From positions 2,304,001 to 2,368,000 of the forward strand of contig OY776510.1 of NCBI GenBank assembly GCA_963675665.1: 64,000 nt of DNA. Reading direction: 5' to 3'. Positions 57,752-64,000 of the stretch are shown piece by piece. The first letter of the stretch is position 1; the number at the start of each line of letters is the position of its first letter. The notes beneath the pieces were generated by a model. The model made no database searches. It had not been told where the DNA came from and worked only from the letters and a program-made list of their open reading frames with translations. This DNA comes from Spirochaetia bacterium (GTDB lineage: Bacteria; Spirochaetota; Spirochaetia; UBA9216). The translations under genes were made by a program, and so were the position numbers.

Positions 57752-59515
57752 ATGAAACATGAGAGAGTGCTTTCAAGAGCGTTTAACAGTCTTGTAGCGG
57801 TAATAGTTGCCTCAGTCTTGTCAATTGCAATATTTTTTGTGTATAAGACATATGAAAAAAGTGTCGAGACCGATATATTCAGGTATTCGCACAAACTTGA
57901 AGATTCGATAAGACGCATCGCAGCAGCAGAGTACCGAAGATATTTTCTGCTTGTCGATTTTGCAAAAACGGCCGGCACCAAGAACTCCGGAAATTCTATC
58001 GAGAAGATCCTTGAAGAGAAATCAACTATTCTGGGGAAGAACGGAGAGATTCCAAATCTTGTATCAAGTATAGGATATTATGACTCCTCTTCTCCTGAAT
58101 CTGCTTTGGAATATGATTTTGAATACCGTGAATGGTCGGAGCTGGATAATATTTTCAACAATGACGAACCTGATCGCAAGTCCGACTTTTTTTATGTCCG
58201 CTCCGGTTCCGCCCCGGAAAAATTGTACCTTGCGGTTGATAACGGCAGCACAGGCCGGGTGATTTTTTTCAGAGTGGATCCCCAGGGGTTTCTGGATAAT
58301 TATATCAGGGAAGTTGTGGAGAGTTCCAATGAAGAATTCAGGGTTGACTGGCTTAGAGGTTCCGATCCGGAATCACGCAGGATACTGGAAGATTATTTCG
58401 AATATGAATTGCTTCAATATCATTTCCGTCCGATGCAAATCCTTCTGAAAACCGGAAGTCAAAACCAGCCTTTGATAGTCGAAATTCCGATAATGTTCGA
58501 CATCAGACGTGTTTTTGATAACGGAAGTGCAGAACAGAAAGATGTAAATGATTTAAAACCGGGAAAGCCGATGTTTTTTGATTTCAGTTATTTCGTAAGG
58601 ATGATGCATAAAGATGGTTCCTACTATTATGAGATTGAACACGATGCGGCCGTAAGTTTTTTCGAAACAATCATAATCTTCATTACGATTGGAATACTTT
58701 TCATACTGCTGCTGTTCCAGCTTCAGAGGACCAGGCTTTTAAGAAGCAAGGAAAAGGAATTTGTTGCTTCAGTTACGCATGAGCTCAGAACTCCGTTGAC
58801 CGTCATTCGTTCTGCTGCTGATAACCTTTCAAACGGGATTGTGAACAAGGATAAATTGCCGGTTTACGGCGGGCTGATTATTGAGCAGTCGGAACGTCTG
58901 GGAAACATGATCGAAGAAATTCTGCTCTATTCAAATTTTGAGAATAAAAACAGTAATTCCGGAAAACCGGTGAAGTTCGATTTTAAGGAGGTTGTTTCAC
59001 AGTTTAAACCGGCTCTGGATGAGCTGGGTAATGCCGAAGGACTGAAACTTCACTGGGATATAAACGGACTGCCCGGAAAAGCCGAGAGTTTTCCTGATGT
59101 TATTACGCTTACTGTGAATAATCTTGTATCCAACGCTGTTAATCATGCTTATTCTGTTCCCGGCGGTGAAATCCGGATAATTATAAGATATCTGGTTCCG
59201 GGAAGATTGAGCATAACGGTTGAGGACGACGGACGGGGAATTGATCCGCGTGAGCTTAAGCATGTTTTTGAGCCTTTTTACAGAGACTATGTGAGCCGGA
59301 GCCGGCAGGAGAGGGGCAGCGGTCTGGGACTGTTTATTGCGCGGCGCAAAGCTGCTTTATGCGGAGGCAAGCTGACCGTCGAAAGCCCTTACAGAAGAAT
59401 CGACGGGAGCAAACTGTCAGGATGCAGGTTTGTATTGACGCTTCCCTGTACAGAGGCTGACGACTCCGCTAATATAAAACAAAAAACCTTAAAGGAGCCT
59501 GAAAATGGCCGCTGA
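57752..59515 (+). CDS. Sensor histidine kinase (HisKA + HATPase_c)
   Basis: Two TMs; THELRTPL, NLVSNA, DDGRGI, GSGLGL. Confidence 0.95.
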   Translation: MKHERVLSRAFNSLVAVIVASVLSIAIFFVYKTYEKSVETDIFRYSHKLEDSIRRIAAAEYRRYFLLVDFAKTAGTKNSGNSIEKILEEKSTILGKNGEIPNLVSSIGYYDSSSPESALEYDFEYREWSELDNIFNNDEPDRKSDFFYVRSGSAPEKLYLAVDNGSTGRVIFFRVDPQGFLDNYIREVVESSNEEFRVDWLRGSDPESRRILEDYFEYELLQYHFRPMQILLKTGSQNQPLIVEIPIMFDIRRVFDNGSAEQKDVNDLKPGKPMFFDFSYFVRMMHKDGSYYYEIEHDAAVSFFETIIIFITIGILFILLLFQLQRTRLLRSKEKEFVASVTHELRTPLTVIRSAADNLSNGIVNKDKLPVYGGLIIEQSERLGNMIEEILLYSNFENKNSNSGKPVKFDFKEVVSQFKPALDELGNAEGLKLHWDINGLPGKAESFPDVITLTVNNLVSNAVNHAYSVPGGEIRIIIRYLVPGRLSITVEDDGRGIDPRELKHVFEPFYRDYVSRSRQERGSGLGLFIARRKAALCGGKLTVESPYRRIDGSKLSGCRFVLTLPCTEADDSANIKQKTLKEPENGR

Positions 59516-60245
59516 AAAGAAACGAATACTGATAATTGAAGATGAACCCGGAGTTCAGATTACACTTGAGGACAGATTATCATCCGAAGGATACGAAGTT
59601 TCTGTCTGCGGCGACGGTATTGAAGGCGAAAAAGAAGCAAAAGCCGGCCGCCATGATCTGATACTGCTTGATGTGATGTTGCCGGGAAAGGACGGTTTTA
59701 CAATTTGCCAGGATCTTCGGAAGGCCGGGGAGGAAACTCCGATACTGATGCTGACCGCCCGCGATACCAGCATAGATACAATAATGGGGCTTCGTGTGGG
59801 TGCCGACGATTATCTGGCAAAACCGTTCGACATGCAGGTACTGCTGGCGCGGATTGAAGCGTTGTTGAGGAGAGCGGGCCGGCCCAATCCTGCAGCAACG
59901 CCGGAAAGCGGCTCTGTACGGGAAGGTTCTGGCGGGGACAATGATATCATCATTTTCGGCGGGTTTACTCTTGACCGCGGGAAGGGCCTTTTGGAGAACG
60001 ACGGGGCTGCTGTTGAACTGAATGCCCAGGAATATAAACTTCTTGAGTATCTTGCTGTCCACAGCGGGCGGATAATAAGCCGGAACGCCATTCTTGATGA
60101 TGTCTGGGGATATGAGAGTGAGGTAACGACCCGAACGGTAGATGTCCATGTCGCAAAACTCAGGCAGCGGTTGGGCGAATCGGAACGGCCTAAACATATT
60201 CAGACTTACAGAGGCAGGGGATATAAATTTGTTCTGAATGCGTGA
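59505..60245 (+). CDS. OmpR/PhoB family response regulator
   Basis: IEDE, LLDVMLP, GADDYLAKPF, TRTVDVHVAKLR, RGRGYKF. Confidence 0.96.
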   Translation: MAAEKKRILIIEDEPGVQITLEDRLSSEGYEVSVCGDGIEGEKEAKAGRHDLILLDVMLPGKDGFTICQDLRKAGEETPILMLTARDTSIDTIMGLRVGADDYLAKPFDMQVLLARIEALLRRAGRPNPAATPESGSVREGSGGDNDIIIFGGFTLDRGKGLLENDGAAVELNAQEYKLLEYLAVHSGRIISRNAILDDVWGYESEVTTRTVDVHVAKLRQRLGESERPKHIQTYRGRGYKFVLNA

Positions 60246-60355
60246 GCAACCTGTAATAGAATTTGATATATTAAAAAACCCTAATGTTGATTTCCAGTTT
60301 TCATTTCGTATAATTAAAATATCCATATATTCACATTTATGGTAGGAGGATATCA

Positions 60356-62761
60356 ATGGGGTTAAAAGACGTCAAATTGAAGACGAAACTGATCGGTCTT
60401 TTCGTTGCGATAGGCTTGATTCCGCTTGCGCTAATCGGGATTTGGAGCATCATTCAGTCAAGCGGTTCTTTAATGGAAAGCTCGTACAACCAACTTTTAA
60501 GTCTCAGAGAAGTAAAAAAACATCAAATTAATACATATTTTAAAGAACGTAAAAGTGATATGGAAGTTCTGAATGAAATTGTGGCCAGTCTGAAACAGAA
60601 TGCTGAAATACAGATTCAGAGCGTAAACAACCTTAAAAAGGAGGAGGTTGAAGAATATTTAAAAAACAGGGAACGGCGAAATATTTCCTATTTTGATGAT
60701 GGGGAATTGGAAAAGACGCTGAACGGTATTGTTCAGCGTCGTGACGGGCTCGGAAAGTCCGGTGAAACCTACCTGATGTTCAGGGAAAACGGGAGCATCT
60801 TTTTCGGCAGTACATTGCTTACAATGGGAAACGGTTCATATGTATTCGGAAAGGATATGACGGAGCTGGAAACCGGATATATGCGGCTGGCGTTTGAAGG
60901 GAAAGACAATATTGAGGTTTTCACTGATTCGGCGGGAATTCTGAATCTTGTCGCATATGCTCCGCTGGAAACCCCGGAAGGCGACTGGGTAATTATAACC
61001 AAGGGGTATCTCGAGGAATTTATAACGCCTGTATTAAAGGGAAGCAATGCTGATTTTTATACCAATTATATTGAAAAATACGGATACTATGATCTTTTTC
61101 TTATCCATCCGGACGGACAGGTATTTTATACTGTGGCTAAAGAGGCTGATTATAATACGAATATGCTGAATGGAAAGTATTCCGACAGCAATTTGGGAGA
61201 TCTGGTCAGAAATATAAAAAGCAACAAAGATTTTGAATTTGAAGATTTTAAGCCTTATGAACCAAGTAACGGCGCTCCTGCCGCATTTATAGGGGAGCCG
61301 CTGATCAGCAATGGAGAGATAGTACTGATAATAGCATTGCAGCTTCCGCTTGAAGGAATCAATGAAATAATGAATGAACGCGCCGGAATGGGTAATACCG
61401 GAGAGACTTATCTTGTAGGTTCCGACAAACTCATGCGTTCCGATTCATTTCTTGATCCGATTAATCATTCTGTTGCCGCTTCATTCAAAAATCCGGATAA
61501 GGGCAGTGTTGACACCGAAGCTTCACGCTCAGTTCTTGCCGGAGACACAGATGAGAAGATTATTACAGACTATAACGGGAATCCCGTCTTATCCGCTTTT
61601 ACTCCTGTTAATGTCTATAATTCTGTCTGGGGACTTATTGCCGAAATCGATGAAGCCGAGATTCGGGAACCGATTAATGCTTTATTGTTTTCAATTATAA
61701 TTGTTGCCGCAGTGATTCTGATAATTGTAGTGATAGTGGCGCTTTTAATAGCGCTCAGTATTGCAAGGCCTGTCCTTAAAGGCGTGACATTCGCCAAATC
61801 AATTTCAGAGGGGGATCTTACAACAATTATAGAAGTAAATCAGAAGGATGAGATCGGAATGCTCGCAGATGCTCTGAAGCAGATGCAGGCGAAACTTAAA
61901 CAGGTTGTAATAGATGTGCAGGCTGCGGCTAATCAGGTTGCCGGAGGAAGCGCCCAGCTGGCTGAAGGTTCGGAACAGATGTCCCAGGGGGCAACCGAAC
62001 AGGCCGCCAATGCTGAAGAGGTTTCCTCATCACTGGAAGAGATGGGGTCGGGTATACAGCAGAACGCGGATAATTCGGCACAGACAGAAAAAATTGCAAG
62101 TAAAGCTGCCGATGATGCATCAGGAGGCGGCGCCGCAGTAGCCGAGGCAGTCGAGGCAATGAAACAGATTGCCGAGAAGATTAATGTTGTTGAAGAGATT
62201 GCACGGCAGACGAACCTGCTTAGCCTGAATGCCGCAATAGAGGCGGCGAGGGCAGGGGAACACGGCAAGGGGTTTGCCGTTGTAGCCTCCGAGGTTGGGA
62301 AGCTTGCTGCAAACAGTCAGCGGGCTGCTGCTGAAATACAGGAGCTGGCAAGTTCAAGTGTGATAAAGGCGGACCAGGCTGGTAATCAGATACAGAACAT
62401 CATCCCCGATATCCAGAAAACAGCTGAACTGGTAATGGAGATAAGCGCCTCAAGTCAGGAGCAGAATGCGGGTATTGCACAGATTAATGAAGCCATGCTG
62501 CAGCTTGATAAGGTTATTCAGCAAAATGCCGCTTCTGCGGAAGAATCCTCTTCCATGTCTGAAGAACTTACCGCTCAGGCACAACAATTGATGGAACTGA
62601 TCAGTTTTTTCAAGGTCGACACTGGAGCTGAAAGAAATATCGTCAGGGATCTGGATAAAAAGAAGGAGAAGAACATCCATCAATTCAGAATAGAGAAAAA
62701 AACGTCCGTTTCTGAAAAAATAAAACCGGATCCTCTGGATTCAGATTTTGAAAGCTTCTGA
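60356..62761 (+). CDS. Methyl-accepting chemotaxis protein (Cache sensors, HAMP, MA domain)
   Basis: [30 protein letters not shown]; HAMP DEIGML. Confidence 0.96.
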   Translation: MGLKDVKLKTKLIGLFVAIGLIPLALIGIWSIIQSSGSLMESSYNQLLSLREVKKHQINTYFKERKSDMEVLNEIVASLKQNAEIQIQSVNNLKKEEVEEYLKNRERRNISYFDDGELEKTLNGIVQRRDGLGKSGETYLMFRENGSIFFGSTLLTMGNGSYVFGKDMTELETGYMRLAFEGKDNIEVFTDSAGILNLVAYAPLETPEGDWVIITKGYLEEFITPVLKGSNADFYTNYIEKYGYYDLFLIHPDGQVFYTVAKEADYNTNMLNGKYSDSNLGDLVRNIKSNKDFEFEDFKPYEPSNGAPAAFIGEPLISNGEIVLIIALQLPLEGINEIMNERAGMGNTGETYLVGSDKLMRSDSFLDPINHSVAASFKNPDKGSVDTEASRSVLAGDTDEKIITDYNGNPVLSAFTPVNVYNSVWGLIAEIDEAEIREPINALLFSIIIVAAVILIIVVIVALLIALSIARPVLKGVTFAKSISEGDLTTIIEVNQKDEIGMLADALKQMQAKLKQVVIDVQAAANQVAGGSAQLAEGSEQMSQGATEQAANAEEVSSSLEEMGSGIQQNADNSAQTEKIASKAADDASGGGAAVAEAVEAMKQIAEKINVVEEIARQTNLLSLNAAIEAARAGEHGKGFAVVASEVGKLAANSQRAAAEIQELASSSVIKADQAGNQIQNIIPDIQKTAELVMEISASSQEQNAGIAQINEAMLQLDKVIQQNAASAEESSSMSEELTAQAQQLMELISFFKVDTGAERNIVRDLDKKKEKNIHQFRIEKKTSVSEKIKPDPLDSDFESF

Positions 62762-62839
62762 TTTTGTTTTAATTGGAACTTGTTGAAATATTTGATTCGG
62801 GATACCGGTTTTATACAGCCGGTTTTCCCGAATCCAGGT

Positions 62840-63409
62840 TTATATATTGCCTGAAAGCCCGATGTCGCCGGCAACTGATTTCATGCCGTCGATTGTTAGC
62901 TGAATAAGTTCGGTAAGTTCAACTCCGAGCATTTCGGCACCTTTCTCGATAATGGAACGGTCTACTCCGGCTGCAAAACGTTTATCTTTCCACTTCTTTT
63001 TAACTGATTTCGGAGTCATATCAAGAACACTTTTGGACGGCCTGACAAGAGCTGTCGTAGTTACAAGACCTGTAAGTTCATCGGTTGCGAACAGGTATTT
63101 CTCCATCAGCTCTACCGGCTCAACTTCAGAGCAGATGCCCCAACCGTGAGAGACTACGGCATGAATATAATCATCCGGCCATCCTGCTTCAAGCATTATT
63201 TTATTGCTCATACTGCAGTGCTGATCAGGGTGTTTTTCATAATCAAGGTCATGCAGCAGCCCGATTATTCCCCATTTCTCAACATCTTCTCCTTTCAGCC
63301 CTGCAATATGTCTCATTACTGCTTCTACCGAAAGCGCATGTTTATAAAGACTGTCGGATTTATTGTACTGTTTAAAAAGTTTTAATGCTTCTTCGCGTGT
63401 CGGCATCAT
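62840..63409 (-). CDS. HD/HDIG domain phosphohydrolase
   Basis: KHALSVE, LLHDLDYE, DELTGL, RPSKS, FAAGVDR. Confidence 0.9.
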   Translation of the reverse strand: MMPTREEALKLFKQYNKSDSLYKHALSVEAVMRHIAGLKGEDVEKWGIIGLLHDLDYEKHPDQHCSMSNKIMLEAGWPDDYIHAVVSHGWGICSEVEPVELMEKYLFATDELTGLVTTTALVRPSKSVLDMTPKSVKKKWKDKRFAAGVDRSIIEKGAEMLGVELTELIQLTIDGMKSVAGDIGLSGNI

Positions 63410-63867
63410 GGCTGCTCAATATATTTTACAATGGCGGTACCGTTTTCCCAGTACTCTTCAATAAGCCATTCCCCGTTATCATCCTTAAACATTTTAAATG
63501 TAACATCCACGGGAGTTTCTGTTTTGGTGTCTCCGTTGGAATCGGTATAACTGGCGGTCATTGTCGCTTCAACAGCTGTAACATCAAGCGTACTACCCAC
63601 TTCAAAATTATAATCATAGTACGGATCGAACTGTATGTCCCAGAAATCATCCTCCAGAATCTGATCAGCATATGCTGTAGTGGGCGCCGGAGCAAAATTA
63701 TCAGCTATAAGTTCGGCGCTGCGCACGGGGGAATTCAGGGTTGCCTGAAAGGTTTCTATTCTCAGTATTATATCCGGTGAAGCCATCAACCCTTCAAGCA
63801 TACTGCAGCCTGTAACGGCTGTCATTATAAGTAGTACGGAAATTAAAAGAAAAATTGTTCTTTTCAT
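63406..63867 (-). CDS. Hypothetical lipoprotein
   Basis: Lipobox VTGC; GGAG RBS. Confidence 0.75.
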   Translation of the reverse strand: MKRTIFLLISVLLIMTAVTGCSMLEGLMASPDIILRIETFQATLNSPVRSAELIADNFAPAPTTAYADQILEDDFWDIQFDPYYDYNFEVGSTLDVTAVEATMTASYTDSNGDTKTETPVDVTFKMFKDDNGEWLIEEYWENGTAIVKYIEQP

Positions 63868-63891
63868 TTTTTATTTCTCCTGTTTGCAATT

Positions 63892-63999
63892 TTAATAGTC
63901 AGCCTGAACAAGGTACGGCTGAACCTTATCTTCATACTGCTTCAGCAGTTCGGAATAATCATTTAAAAAGCCGGTGTACACAGGATTTTCCGGTTCATT
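63892..63999 (-). CDS. 3' end of an unidentified gene running off the window
   Basis: Open frame ...NEPENPVYTGFLNDYSELLKQYEDKVQPYLVQADY* ending just before the lipoprotein RBS. Confidence 0.5.
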   Translation of the reverse strand, partial: NEPENPVYTGFLNDYSELLKQYEDKVQPYLVQADY

Positions 64000-64000
64000 G

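Noticed and set aside
59580-60356. 258-aa minus-strand ORF
   Set aside because: Antisense shadow of the response regulator with no recognisable motifs.

Overview
Bacterial chromosomal window, probably a spirochaete (inferred from the signal-peptide style of the sugar-binding proteins and the gene content). 1-10.9 kb: 3' part of a type I-C CRISPR-Cas locus. Its order is cas8c (partial), cas7c, an inserted BRO-N gene, a relic cas4 5' end, an operator-bearing promoter, an AAA+/DUF4143 ATPase, cas4, cas1, cas2, the leader and an array of 81 repeats/80 spacers (manual count). The array ends against a histidine-kinase gene remnant. 11.2-13.9 kb: a metallophosphoesterase lipoprotein and a sulfotransferase. 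14.0-43.96 kb: a ~30 kb sugar/sugar-acid catabolic island with no integrase. It carries three CUT2 ABC importers plus LarA-family, UxuA, DgoK-like, aldolase, FAH, cyclase and DUF362 genes, and is bounded by a 54-bp direct repeat of the 3' end of an Fpg/Nei-like gene. 44-64 kb: the nei-like gene, a candidate ~90-nt sRNA, asd, MATE, redox genes, a LuxR/CPBP pair, a MacAB-TolC-like exporter divergent from an OmpR-family two-component system, an MCP, an HD protein and a lipoprotein. Best novel candidates: (i) an anti-RBS sRNA sharing a 41-bp promoter box with the exporter operon; (ii) the adaptation module rewired behind an ATPase with tandem palindromic operators; (iii) the nei-anchored catabolic island.
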